A model generated the notes under the pieces. That model saw only the letters and a program-made list of their open reading frames with translations, made no database searches and was not told the origin of the DNA. Shown one piece after another: positions 24,448 through 37,959 of a DNA stretch of 60,456 bases. Positions within the stretch are counted from its first letter, which is position 1; each line of letters begins with the position of its first letter. The position numbers and the translations under genes are program-made. The DNA is from Octopus bimaculoides. Lineage: Eukaryota. The DNA lies in the NCBI RefSeq assembly GCF_001194135.2, contig NC_068981.1, positions 9,754,600-9,815,055 on the forward strand, in the 5' to 3' direction.

Positions 24448-26344
24448 TTACATACAAGTGCTTAAAATGCACAAAAAAAATTATGTATTAATACTATATT
24501 GTAGTTCGTTTAGGATGTTATGTTTGATAAACCTACGAAAGAGGGCTCTATGCGGTCGCTTGACGTCTCAGAAAACGACAGCCAAATATTCCTTAAATCA
24601 CAAACTTTTATCTTTAGAAATATGTATCACGTATTTTTAAATATCGCTGAAAGCACAGGATTATCCCAGATGAGAAATGTTTGCTTGTTAGTCTACTTGA
24701 TCAGCGAGGGCTGGAAACGGAGATTAGACAGTAAGTCATGAGGATCTGTCCATGGATTTGCTTGAAATAGCTACCAAGTCTCTAAAATCAGTTGGCAACG
24801 TCTTAAAAGGAGAAGGATTAATCAGATTATGTAGTTTTAGATATTCCTAAATAGTTGGGACGGACACATCTGGAAAGAACTGCAATAAATTGTGGCTGTA
24901 TTAATCAAATATTTGGAAACAAACAAACTTTGAGAAAGATTATTACAAAGATAAGTCAATACTCGACTAATATATGTCTGTCTTTTGTTTTTACATTTTC
25001 TTTATAAAGTTTATCAAAGCATCATCAAAAACCCCTGCAAAAAGATTTCCCCTGAGATCGTCAGGCAGCATAAAATAAGAGAAATCATCCTTCCTCATAC
25101 TTGCATTGTTATCTTAAATCTGAAACCATATGTAGCATCTCACTCATCGATTATCCCGTCACTTATGGTTCATGGACATAATTCTCTTTTCACTTACAAA
25201 GAAATAACTTAAATGAATTAGTTCGTAGTGAGAACGTAGTTTTCGTTTTCAAGCTGATAAGGCAACACCTGTTCGTAATGATTACACTATTTCTACACAA
25301 ATACACATAAATAAACGGTGCAATACACAAATTAACACAAACAGATAAGGAAACGATATAACGTAATATCTAGCTAGCATCAGTATTAATAAAACAAAAA
25401 TTATATTAATTGATAGTTCGCAATATACAATAAAAAAAAGATGGAAAACAATTATTCTTTTTCTTTTAACAATTCTTTTACGCGTATACTGTTAATAGCT
25501 AAAACAAGCAAAAAGCTCTATTAAAAAGAAAAGAATAAGATAGTCGGCCGGTGAATATACATAGATCTTTACCGAATAATGAAAGAACTATTTAAAACAG
25601 GTCGGACAAGAAAGCAGTTCAAAGGAAAACAACAACTGCTTCAATGAAATGAGGTTAGCAACAAAGTAATATAGATGTAAGAAAGATTACAGTTAAAAGG
25701 AAGAGAGAAAAACAGAAGACTACTCTGCAATACTAATTGCAAATGTTTGGGATACTAAAAGATCAATACTTATATAATTAATTCTTACATAAGTATGAAG
25801 CTGGTAATAATAGGAAGGTGCGGCTATCATACATTTTCACAATGGCTAAAGAAAAACTAATACTTGCTACTTATTATGATAGCTTTATACAGAGAAATGA
25901 GTAGAGCGCTGCGTAAAATGTCATACTGCATTTAGTTAAATCCTTTTAGGTCTTGTATTCAAATATCACTAAGACCAGCTTTGAATTTCATCCTTATAGG
26001 TTCGATAGCATCTGACAACCTCTTGGGCCGATATGATAAAAAAATATTCATCGCGAAATTTTTTTTTAGTCCGGCGGGTCAAAATACTGAAAATTGTATT
26101 TGTATATACATGGATATTCTCTATCTAAATGCTTATAGGTAAACTTACTATTTTTCTAATATATGTAATAAAATATATGAAATTTGAACATAAGCATGTA
26201 AAACTAATAACATGACCTTCATTAAAAAGAAGTTACATCATATTTCATAAAATTTCGTTACTAGGTTCCAGAAAACAGTTTATGGGAAGGAAAAAGCGTT
26301 GCATGCAATGCGATACAATTCCTAACCAAATACCTTTGGTTTAA

Positions 26345-26530
26345 ATTTTGGCACTAGGCCAACAATTTCCGGGGAGAAGGTAAATCAAATACGGGGCTCT
26401 CAGTGCTCAGCTGGTATTTACTTTATCGACGCTGAAAGGATGAAAGGCAAAGTTGACTACATAGACGATAAAGTCGGAAGAGATGCTGCATAGCATCTTT
26501 TCCGGCGCGGTAACAATCCTGCCAGCTTCT
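26345..26530 (-). mobile_element. SINE family B, degenerate
   Basis: ctggtatttactttatcgacgctgaaaggatgaaaggcaaagttgac is the reverse complement of the family B core. Confidence 0.65.
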
Positions 26531-28385
26531 CGCCTTACATACTTATATATCGATGACAAAATTAAGAGCGCTTTGACGGAAATTTCAAGATCAGCAAAAT
26601 TTACAGAAATACAATTGTACACGCTGAGATCAAAGGCTGAACGGTTATTCAAGATTATTTGAACGGGCTCAAGTTCAATTTATTCTATGTCAGCTCGAAG
26701 TGTAATGAAATTCTGCATCCAAATAAGATTGAAGTGAAAGTCGTCTAACTGCGTTTCCACGTCTTTTAGATTCACCCACTTAAATCTAATTTCAGGTCCG
26801 CAGATCTGCATCATCGATATATTTTACAAGTTGTTATGCAGTTAAACGAAAGCCTTTCAGTCACAGCTTTCAGTCCTTCATTGTCTTATAAGAAGTTTTA
26901 CTTACAGTGGGATCTTTAAAGTAGGTTTGTTCAAAAGCATTCCACAACCCGCGAAAGTACACGGAACTCGTGATCGAGTCAAGCATCACATCAAAGAAGT
27001 TCTCGAAACAAGAACAACTTTGCTGAGTTAGGTAAAAACGTTTTAGCTAAGAAAAATGAAGCCTTATGCTTTCATGTATAAAAATAATGATTGGAGTTCA
27101 TTTGAAAGTAAATCATGTTCTTGTTTATGAAGCACCTTGGCAGATATCAAATTAATTCTTTAAGTGTTGTTTTTGCTGTACTTCTTTTTGTAAAATGCAA
27201 TAGAAAGAAACAAAAGAATGGCCTACAACTTTTGTACATTTCTGTTCGAAAACAATATTTTGGCTAACTAAATTAAATGCACCATCCATCGTAACTGAAA
27301 CTAATTTTGAGAAATCGTATTTCTCTCACGAAATATTTTAGCTACACTATCACATTTCTTTTCTTCGTGTGTTTTGAATTAACCAACTTTAACTTAAATC
27401 CCTATGGATTTCTGTGAAATCCACAGGGATTTAATTTGAATCTTTCTCATTCCCTCTTTCCCAATTGTGACATTTTGAATTCTGTCGAGAAGGAAATTGA
27501 GGTTGACATTTTTACGTATTCTGGATTGGACACGATCAAGTTGAGCAAAACGACTCATTTCTTAATTTTAGTTTCTACTGCAAGAGTAGGTACCTACGTT
27601 TATCTCTGTGTCTTGTGTCAATTACAAACGACGAACCGTAAATGATTCACTCGACTAGTGAATCATCTGTCAACTAAATCAATTCGGTACTCTTTATTAA
27701 TGGTTTTCTCAAACCAAAGTAAGGGGAAAATATCAAAACCACTGCGGTGTTTCTTCAGTTATTCTTCAAGGGCAAACTTTGGCTTGCAAAATGTAGCAGT
27801 GTTAATAAACGAAGCGTACCAATTCTCTAGTGGCATGTGCAGTGGGTAGTTCTGTCAAACAATTTGTTCGGTTTAGCAATAATGGGTCTGAGCGTTCCAA
27901 ACTCAAAATTTCATTATATATTGTTTCTTACACCTGCCTAACATTGGTGTCGATTTTCTAGTTATCGTTGGGAGTTCTGAGGCAGACTATATTTAAGGTA
28001 CATTTTCTAAAATCTCTCCAATGCAGGTAGCTGGACGAATCTAAAAATAACTGCTGAGACGTATCTGAGTTATCGAAAGACACCTCTGTCTCGATCCAAA
28101 ATGGTGGACCTCATACAAATACTGCGTTCTCGTTAGATTGTGACTAGAAGTTCCTAGATATCACACCCCTGTTCCCGTTTCTACCGAATGGTCGCTGGAC
28201 GACTGTATGGAATGAAGGAAAATTTTGTGAAACCTTGAAGCCTTTGGATTCATGTGGTCCACTTCAACCTCTATAACTATCGGATATCGGGCATCTCTGA
28301 AACATTCGTATAGGAGGCGGAAGGTAAAAGATATTGTTTATATTCGCCCAAGGTACCGGCCCGAGCCTCCCGAAGGGGTCATCTG

Positions 28386-28428
28386 CACACACACACACAC
28401 GCACGCACACACACACACACACACACAA

Positions 28429-28468
<40 letters not shown>
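28386..28468. repeat. (CA)n(TA)n microsatellite
   Basis: Direct read. Confidence 0.95.
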
Positions 28469-28471
<3 letters not shown>

Positions 28472-28499
28472 GAAATCGCACTGTTCGTAATATACTCTT

Positions 28500-29600
28500 T
28501 TTATCAGCTGTGGGATGAAAATCACAATTTCAGCAATTACCCAATATCATATCTTCCTGCAGTGGCGCCAAATCGTGTCTCCAATCTAAGAATCGCTGCT
28601 CTATTAACCTTCCTGAGTTCAGTGTCAGCCAAAGCGGACATTGTGAAGTGGGGGAGGGGCTACATTCTCACGATATCTCGCCTTCACTGGAAGCATATAC
28701 ACATATATCTCGTGTCTCATGCGATACCCTAATCCTTAATATTTAAGCCTCTTTTCATGTGCCCCGCATTAAATTGTCACCCTTCAGCGCACTGCTTCGT
28801 TATTTAAATATGGCTAAAGAATACAGGTATTTTCATCAAACCCACGGTACCATCCAGTCATTGGCACTATTTTGAAGACTAGATATCGGTCTCGCGTTGT
28901 TCTTTTTAATCATCCTTATGGAAAACAACAGAGTGCAACTTGGTGCTGATTCTCATTGCATTGACGCTGCTGCATTGTTGTTCCAGAGCATCAGCAATGA
29001 TACTCAGTACTTGGTTATACCTATAGGCACACTGTACAAAGAATTACTTGCCAGAACATTTCCATTGATGCATAACATCCACAGCAATAATAACGAGCAG
29101 TGACTATACAGGCCGACTCTCTAATGTTGGCCGCGTATAAATACATATCGTACACCAATTTCAAGAGGAATCTCAGCCTGGTTAGTTCTTTTTTTTTTTA
29201 CATGATCTCCTCTGCTATCTACCATACATTGAGTCTTCTAACCCTATTGCGTTTGTAGCCCGCTCCTTCTTTTAAATGTAATGAATGTCTTTGGTCAGAG
29301 TATTACACTTGCTTTTCTTAATCCAGCAGGATGACAATTTGTTCCATAACAGCCCCAGTACAATGTCCTTTTATGCCTCTTTGACTTTCAGGTGGTTTCA
29401 GCTCCCTCAACGGCTTTTCTCACGTATCATTTTCCTTCTGTCAACATAATTGTCTGGGTAGCACAAATATCGAGTTCCTCTGACTCCTTGGTCATTATGT
29501 AGCAGCAGGCTTTAAAAACCCCACGTTAACAGCAGCTGAAAGTTTGCATTAACACTGTCCAATCTTCCTTCTGTAAAACATGGTGGGGAAAACCAAGTTA
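28500..29600 (-). mobile_element. Heavily decayed restriction-like-endonuclease non-LTR element (NeSL/R2-like), C-terminal region
   Basis: Minus-strand peptides GRK*YVRKAVEGAE (about 29396-29438), EEERATNAIGL, RYNQVLSIIADALE (28981-29022) and ANDW; order and spacing match the NeSL-type motifs GRKW..AV..AE, RHNQVL..IA..LE and A.DW. Confidence 0.55.
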
Positions 29601-29789
29601 CTCTCGCAAGAATTTTGTAGGATGCTTTTTTATTCTCACCACTCTTGTTGGTTATGTATCATGCACTTGGAGCGATAATAGACTCGGCAATAAGCGTATG
29701 TTGATAAAACTACGCCTCAAACTTACCTGCTAGGTGATAGGTTTAAATGATAGTGTAGATGTATGCGTGTTCATTTTTCATATAGTCAA

Positions 29790-29939
29790 TATAAGCGTAA
29801 GTTTGCCTTCCAACTACATGATTCTGGATTGAGTCCCACTTCATGGCACCTTGGGCAACTGTCTTCTTCTATAGCATCCAGACCGACAATTCCTTGAGAG
29901 TGAATTTGGCTGACGGAAATTAAAAGAACCCGGCTTGAA

Positions 29940-29975
<36 letters not shown>
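29790..29975 (+). mobile_element. SINE family A, 5' part
   Basis: gagtcccacttcatggcaccttgggcaactgtcttc...gacggaaattaaaagaaccc followed by (GT)n. Confidence 0.8.
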
Positions 29976-29976
<1 letters not shown>

Positions 29977-30399
29977 TTTGTTTTTGTCTTTCTCCTCCAT
30001 AACCGCTTCTCAAGTGCAGCTGTATATATCTACGTAAATATAAAATACAAAAACGTACTTGAAATGTTGACATATGTTGGTTAAATGCGTGATTTGTATC
30101 CGGGTTCTGTGAATAGTCATAGCCCTAAGGTCGATAGCATTAAAAGCATATTTTTATTGATACCAGCGATGCCTCAAGTATCGCAGATCAGTATTGCATC
30201 ACCTGAAAATGCAGAATTTATTCTCAACAAGATGAAAAAATGAAAAAAGAAGAAAATATACAAACATAAGGTCTTGGTAACATGAAATAATGAAAAAATT
30301 AGAACTTGGATAAGTTAAGCCAAATACTTGATAATACTAAGTATACAAGATATTAAGTTTTTAAAGAGACAACAGATAACAGTTTATCATGTGAACATA

Positions 30400-30402
<3 letters not shown>

Positions 30403-30447
<45 letters not shown>
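30403..30447. repeat. (GT)n microsatellite
   Basis: Direct read. Confidence 0.95.
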
Positions 30448-30451
<4 letters not shown>

Positions 30452-30459
30452 TTAGCATA

Positions 30460-30745
30460 CATGGCTTCGAGGTTGGGAAATTGCACTCACAATCGCGTGA
30501 TCGTGGTTTCAATTTATGGAGCTGGTGGTCCGTTGTGTTCTTGAGCAAAACACTTCATCTCGCTTTGTTCTGCGATCACTTTGACACTTGACGTGTGGTA
30601 CACTGTGCACCTGTTCAGGTAACGTTGTTTTGATGGAAGGAGCGAGCCAATGAACAGCACATACATTTGATCATTAGAAACAAACCATTTGAGCAGGTCG
30701 TTCGGCAAAATAGCTGAACACTCTTACGCCGCCTTCGACGGGAAT
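30460..30745 (+). mobile_element. tRNA-headed SINE with CORE-like motif (distinct body)
   Basis: gatcgtggtttcaatt (B-box-like) then gtgttcttgagcaaaacacttcatct. Confidence 0.6.
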
Positions 30746-30766
30746 CATCATATACATATCTGCGTT

Positions 30767-30769
<3 letters not shown>

Positions 30770-30854
<85 letters not shown>

Positions 30855-31090
30855 TGTGTGTGTATGTATATATATTTATATATATATGAATGTGTGTGTA
30901 TGTATATATATTTATATATATATGAATGTGTGTGTATGTATATATATATATATATATGAGAATGTCTGTATGTATATATATGTATGTGTGTATGTATATA
31001 TGTTTGTATATACGCTGTATGTATATATAATATATACATATTTATATTCATATGTTTGTTTGTGTATATGCATATATGTACGTATATAGT
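30770..31090. repeat. (TA)n plus three ~36-bp tandem units and TA/TG low complexity
   Basis: ATATATATGAATGTGTGTGTATGTATATATATTTAT repeated about 3 times after (TA)n. Confidence 0.9.
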
Positions 31091-31939
31091 TTGAGGGTAC
31101 ACGCAAGAGCTTGTGTTCTCGTTATATCATGAAGTGGAGAATATTCAATCGTTTTTCAAGCTGCTTATAAATTCCAATGCTACACCGAGGTACTTATTGT
31201 GCTCGCTCCTTCGGAGAACAAGATATATGTATATGTGTGTGATTGCTTGCGATGCATCTGCCAATACGCAGGCATATTTGTATGCTTTGATATGCTGGAG
31301 GCAAGGTTGAGAGATCTGTACTTAGAACATATTTTGAGAATGGAACACACCGTCGCGTAATTTCGTACATTGGAACATACTCTTGTTGAAAGATTGAAAT
31401 ATTTGGTGTTGGTGTAAGTGCTATCCCTGGATAACAATGTCCGAGGATCGAGTTACACTGTTAACATCTGTCATATTGGCAGGCAGAAGTAATAGTAGAG
31501 GTCGTTTAGGCCTAAATTTGATCCTAGTTAAGATGTATCATAAAGAAATGGATTTCCAGCCATGAAAATCTCATTTTTTTTTTAGGCAATTTGTAATCTG
31601 GACGGCATTATTCAACATATCCTTCCTATATTTAAGCCTGCAGAGTGTGATTTGAGAGAGTTTTGAATGTTATTTCAGGCAGACCGGTCAAAACTGTAAA
31701 GGCGTTTGTTTTGTTGTATCTGTAGTGAAACATATTGAATTAAAAGAATATCTTTGTTGAGATCTTTTTCGTTTGCAATACGGATATGAAAAGAAAACGT
31801 GTAACTAATGCATTTTCTCGATCAGTAGTAGTATAGCTGAGGTGTCGTGTTCAGTAATGCTTCTGAAAATTTAGGAAATGCCCTCTTGGTAAGAAACCGG
31901 AAGCCTCGGATACAATGTAGTACCGTGTATCGACCAGGC

Positions 31940-32215
31940 TATCCGTTGTTGTTATACACGGCTAGTTACAATGCGCTTCCTCGCATTCTTGTAGCATTCG
32001 CGTGATGCTACCCCGCTGGCTAGACGGGCAGGTTAAAACCCCTCCCGCTGAACTGGATGCCAGTCCGCCGTAGGGTTACGTACTTATAGCTGAGTGGGCT
32101 GGAGCAACGTGAAATGAAGAGTTTTGCTCAAGAATACAATGCACTGCCGGTCTGGGAATCGAAACTACGATCTTACGGTCGTGACTGCAGCACACTAACC
32201 ACTAGGACACAGTAC
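31940..32215 (-). mobile_element. tRNA-headed SINE sharing its head with family C but with a different body
   Basis: ccggtctgggaatcgaaac...ctaaccactagg head as in 50683-50745; body ctggagcaacgtgaaatgaagagttttgctcaag (CORE-like, reversed). Confidence 0.7.
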
Positions 32216-33079
32216 AGTATGTAAGTATGTATCATAAGCCGTGTGGTGTACGAAAACGCATTACTTTTCTACAGAATGCAGTTATCACAGTAATCTGTAA
32301 AAAAACTGCCCGTTGGTGATAATCGGTGATTTTTCTCTATGTTATGAGCATTTTCTGGGTTTTTTTTTTAATAACTGCAGCGTAATTGCGAGTGGATTCT
32401 TTTCTGGAGTTCATCAATTTATGATGTGTGGAAAATGTGAAGGAAAATAGTTAGGACGATGGTATCAGTCATTTCGACGATTGTTTGGATGGGTCAGTAG
32501 TGAAGTCCACAGTGGTCTACACTGCATAGCAGAAATCAAACACATTTAAGTCTAAGAATAGGATTTTTTTCTGATATCATCCTTGTATTAGGATTTGTTT
32601 TTATACCTGTTAATGTTTTACCGCAGCCATTTTGTCGTTGCAGCGGCTGCTTTTACTGTGTTGTTTCTCGAATCAGACTTTAAGTGGACTTTTAAGTCAC
32701 AGATGAATTATAGCTATCATTTCTCTCCACCGATTCCCTGATATTTGACATCTCTTTAGCACTTATGCACTACGATTCTGATGTAATTTCATAGTGTTCT
32801 CAAAACATGGAACTCTAAGACCATTTCAGAACCACTCGGTAAACAACCGATAGCACTTTTCTTCTCTGTCACTACCATATAGAAGAATAGACATTTCAAA
32901 AACAATACTTTGAAAGTAATTTGTACATTTGGTTTTCAAGAAAATCATCTGCGTTTCAATTCATTCATGGAAGATTCTTTGGTCAAGTCGTGTGGAAGTA
33001 TCGCCGCTCTTTTCCTTCATAAAACTTCGTTGCTTCTAATCCATAACAATGACATCGGCTGTCATCCAATTCGTACGTG

Positions 33080-33360
33080 ACTAATCCAATGACGTTCGAT
33101 AAATTGCTGCTTTGTTTGAGCTGCTGCTGCTGCTGTTAGAGCTCGTAACAAACAGCTGTTTCTGTTGTTGCTGCTGTCCTTATTGTTATTGACGCCGCTG
33201 TTGTTGTTGTTGCTATTATTGGCGTTGCTGATGTTGATGTTTCTCCAGCTGATGACAGTGACTATCCAATCGCTGCTGGCAGCAGTTCTCACTAGTGCTA
33301 GCTTCTGGTACAAGAAGTGCTGCTGTTGACGACGATGTTATTTTTGCTGTTGCTGTCTGA
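33080..33360. repeat. Degenerate CTG/TTG trinucleotide-rich tract
   Basis: Runs of ctg, ttg, tta and ttg triplets; no frame stays open across it. Confidence 0.6.
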
Positions 33361-34544
33361 CCACAGAACAACTCTGATAGAGCTTGACATACGATAAAAA
33401 AGCATTACAGCCATGACTACCTCGCCTTTCAGTTTCATGTAGGACTACATTGAATAATATGCCCTTTCTTTTCTGAAGACAATGAGGTTTCATTTGTGGG
33501 AGATTTAGCTAGTATTTCTTGCAGGCTGAGTGACTATGCAAATGCTCTATTATTAATTCGAAAAAGTGATGCTAATAACATTTGTGTTGTTGTTATTGTT
33601 GTCTCCCGGTTACTACGGCTGCTATACATAATGTTACAGACATTGTCATTACTCTGGTGATTACTAGTATTTAAAAAAAAAAAACGCCCCAGTCCAAAGT
33701 CAAACTAGAGTGACAGTGATTGCTGTCAGCAATGCTGTAGAGTTTTCTGGTTTAGTCTATTTGTTAATATGGTTCTGTTAAAATACACTGCCTTTATTTC
33801 AATTAAATTTGAAATAACAAATAATTTAGTAAAATAATTTTGTCATTAAGCTGGTGTTTAAAACATGAAATTAACATGAAATATTGATTGAAAGTTTTAA
33901 TTTAGGTCACTCTAAAACAGGAACATTGTATCATAGAACTAGAGGCTGTCTCACGCGAATTGATATTAAAAGAGTTGAAGCGATGTCGGATATATTGTTC
34001 CTCTTTCAATGAGTAGGACTAAAATCGTTGATCTCCTCCCAGCCTGTCTTCATTAATCTTCCGTACAACAACGTTCTTTCTATATTTGATTTATTGACAG
34101 GGTTGTGACAAATTTGATATTTCTTTTAAATCATCTTCTTACGTATAAGAAATTACTTTAGATGAACTACCACTAATATTTTCCGTTCTATCATAGAATG
34201 ATACAAGGCTTTTTTTTCAATAAAAGGCCCTCATAAAAATAATGATTTCTAAGTCACAATTTTCCAGTTAATGTATATATGATTAAACCTGGACCAATAA
34301 TTGACCTCAGAAGGACGAAAGGAAAAGTTGATTTCAAAAAGATTTGAATGCAATAACATTAACAATGGTAGCAATAATATGTTAAAGAAATTACTAATTT
34401 CTATTTTAATTAGCTATAATGGTTAAAAATAAATAAGAGAAATATGTACAAAAGAGAAACAAAAGATATTAGAGCAAAAGAAAGTGGAGTGGAAGATAAT
34501 GTTTTTTTCGTAGGTGATAAAAACAAATGAAATATAATGGTTAC

Positions 34545-34710
34545 AGATTTTGACACAAGGCCAGTGTTCAACTGGTACTTATGTTATCAACCTCGAGAAG
34601 ATGAAAGCCAGAGCTCACCTCTGTAGAATTTGAACTCAGGACGTTAAGACGGACGAAATGCCGCGAGGCACTTTTCTGCTGTGCTACCGATTCTGCCAAC
34701 TCGCACACTT
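34545..34710 (-). mobile_element. SINE family B, degenerate
   Basis: gaatttgaactcaggacgttaagacggacgaaatgcc...gattctgccaactcgc. Confidence 0.7.
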
Positions 34711-36055
34711 AAACAAATGAGATATGTTAACGAGTCTGTGCCAGATGTTATGTATCACTGATTATTTGTTAGATTCTCATTCACACATCAAAAAAAAAAA
34801 AAAAAAATCAAAATACGCACAAATAAATGAGAACAGTATACCAAACAATGACTGAACCTCTTACATGGATGTTCGCCCAGCTAGAAATAGAAGCCAAATC
34901 TTCTTCAAATAATTTATCTCTTTAAAAAAGTTTAATGTGGTCCTGATTTACCTACAAATAGGAAAATCATGATCGTTGTTGGTGTAATACATTCCATCTT
35001 CGGTTTTTATTCAATCAGGGCTGAATTTGGACCAAACGGCAAAAACAGACAAACGTGTTAATTAGATTTTAGTTGTTCACATTAACTCCTGGTTTGTTGA
35101 ATTTATAATTGATTAAATCAATGACAACATCCAGAAATAAAGCAGAAAAAAGCATCCAATAAAATTTATGAAGAATACTGCACGTAATCGAATGTGCTAT
35201 TATGGTACAGTGTTACTGTAAGCTGTTGTTTTTCACAAGCAAATATAAAGTTATTGTCTTCTTTATTTTACCTTCTGTTTCATTTCTTTCGATATTCTTG
35301 AAAGTTGACAGATATATAAATAAAACAAAATGTTACATTGCTGATGGATGAATTTACTTACTCGTCTGTTGTACACACAGACACACATACTAACATACAC
35401 ACATGCGTGAGTTTTCCCATTATAGATTTAAATATATTCAGAAACAAACCCAACTTGTATATAGCATGCAATGTTGCATTTTTTCCCCGATATATAAAAA
35501 TAATTTTGCTAATAAACAGCTCCATTCTACCCAAAAATAGTTATAAATAGACATATATAAATATATCTCCAGTTATGCAATTGAATGTATTGGCGAACAA
35601 CGCAGTATATGCTAGTAAATATTAAGGTAAATATCTGATTAATTTTTTTGCATATATTAATTAATATTTCGTACGTGTATTGTACAACAAAAAACATTAA
35701 ACACGTGTCTTGGGCCGAGTAAAATCACTTTAGATCTGTGGTTCCCAAAGTGACCGGTATGTCTATATATATAGTCAATAGTTCACATATCCGAGAAAAA
35801 AAAGCATGCTCTAAATATGATATTGAACAGTATGGTTTGGCTTTAAATAGGATATCAAATCACTAAAAATGCTGACGAAGATAAATGTATAATAGAAATG
35901 GTAAACTATTACACAAAACAATCAGAAAAACGGTTCATGCTCCAAGTAAGCAGTCAGTAATAACAGATATCATGTTGACTCTACAATCAAAACTGAAATT
36001 TCATGCTGTACACGTTAAGTATACATGTGTATACAGCCTTGCAAAAGCAATTAGC

Positions 36056-36058
<3 letters not shown>

Positions 36059-36143
<85 letters not shown>
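36059..36143. repeat. (GT)n microsatellite
   Basis: Direct read. Confidence 0.95.
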
Positions 36144-36145
<2 letters not shown>

Positions 36146-36520
36146 GCGCGGGCGTGGCAGAGTGGTAAGAAGCTTACTTCCCAACAACATGATCCCGGGT
36201 GCAGTCCCACTACGTGTCACTTGCGCCAGTGTCTTCTCTATAGACTCGGGGCGACCAAAACTTGAGTGCATTCAGTAAAGAGAAATTGAGAGAAGCTCGT
36301 CGTATATATAGATGTATATATTTATTTATGTGTGTGTGTTTGTCACCCCGCCATCGCCTCACAACTGATGTTAGTGTCTTTGCGTCCTCGAAACTCTGGG
36401 TAATCGTTGATAGAATAAGTACTTGGTTTAGGAAGATTAAGTCCTGCGGTCGAATTCTTCGATTAAAGGCGGTGGTCCAACATGACCGCAGTCAAATGAA
36501 TGAAAGAAATAAAAGAATAG
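36144..36520 (+). mobile_element. SINE family A, full length, diverged
   Basis: Head ggcgtggcagagtggtaagaagc through tail ggcggtggtccaacatgaccgcagtcaaatgaatgaaag. Confidence 0.85.
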
Positions 36521-36922
36521 AAGAATATAAAGAAGTATTATTACCGTTATCAATAGTATTAATAAGGTAATAATAAGCTAGCTACGAAGTTCACACCGTT
36601 ATAGGCACAAAATAAGGTAAATTTAGATTCACTAAAAATGCTGACGAAGATGAAGGTAAAATAGAAATGGTAAACTAAAGTTAGAGCCAATGCTCCAAAC
36701 ACCACTATGAACTCACGATAAAGATACACACAAGCAATGCAATGAACATATGAGAAATGGGTTTACCTTTGCGTTGAATACATCAGTAAGTAATGCATAT
36801 TTCAATATCAATTGATTTCACGCTTTGAATGACAAACATACTCTGCGATCTTCAGTTGAAAATAAAATTTTAACATCTATTTCTAACATATTCACTACAT
36901 TAGCTCGTGTGCTGTGCCTTCC

Positions 36923-36955
<33 letters not shown>

Positions 36956-37676
36956 NNNNNNNNNNNNNNNNNNNNNNNNNNNNNNNNNNNNNNNNNNNNN
37001 NNNNNNNNNNNNNNNNNNNNNNNNNNNNNNNNNNNNNNNNNNNNNNNNNNNNNNNNNNNNNNNNNNNNNNNNNNNNNNNNNNNNNNNNNNNNNNNNNNNN
37101 NNNNNNNNNNNNNNNNNNNNNNNNNNNNNNNNNNNNNNNNNNNNNNNNNNNNNNNNNNNNNNNNNNNNNNNNNNNNNNNNNNNNNNNNNNNNNNNNNNNN
37201 NNNNNNNNNNNNNNNNNNNNNNNNNNNNNNNNNNNNNNNNNNNNNNNNNNNNNNNNNNNNNNNNNNNNNNNNNNNNNNNNNNNNNNNNNNNNNNNNNNNN
37301 NNNNNNNNNNNNNNNNNNNNNNNNNNNNNNNNNNNNNNNNNNNNNNNNNNNNNNNNNNNNNNNNNNNNNNNNNNNNNNNNNNNNNNNNNNNNNNNNNNNN
37401 NNNNNNNNNNNNNNNNNNNNNNNNNNNNNNNNNNNNNNNNNNNNNNNNNNNNNNNNNNNNNNNNNNNNNNNNNNNNNNNNNNNNNNNNNNNNNNNNNNNN
37501 NNNNNNNNNNNNNNNNNNNNNNNNNNNNNNNNNNNNNNNNNNNNNNNNNNNNNNNNNNNNNNNNNNNNNNNNNNNNNNNNNNNNNNNNNNNNNNNNNNNN
37601 NNNNNNNNNNNNNNNNNNNNNNNNNNNNNNNNNNNNNNNNNNNNNNTATATATATATATACATACGCACACCTATA

Positions 37677-37835
37677 GGCGTGGCTATGTGGTAAGTTTTC
37701 TTCTCAACCACACAGTTCCGGGTTCAGTCCCACTGCATGGCATCTTGGCCAAGTTTCTTCTGTTATAGCCTCGGGGTGACCAAAGCCTTGTGAGTGGATT
37801 TGATAGAAGAAAACTGAAAGAATCCTGTCGTATAT
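37677..37835 (+). mobile_element. SINE family A, 5' part
   Basis: ggcgtggctatgtggtaag...gggttcagtcccactgcatggc...caaagccttgtgagtggatttg. Confidence 0.85.
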
Positions 37836-37959
37836 AGTAGTAGACATTTGTTGGTCTCGAGAGGCCATAGATCTACGCCCAAATAAATCGTGTCAGCTGC
37901 TGCTGATGTTGTAGTGTCTGTTCTGTTGATACATTTAACAGTTTTTGAGAGGTAGACCG

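Noticed and set aside
36825-37768. Long 250-290 aa ORFs here and at 4732-5695, 43680-44234, 44699-45152, 47987-48688 and 52076-52963
   Set aside because: They are open only because they cross N-gaps; the real bases are microsatellite or TE sequence.
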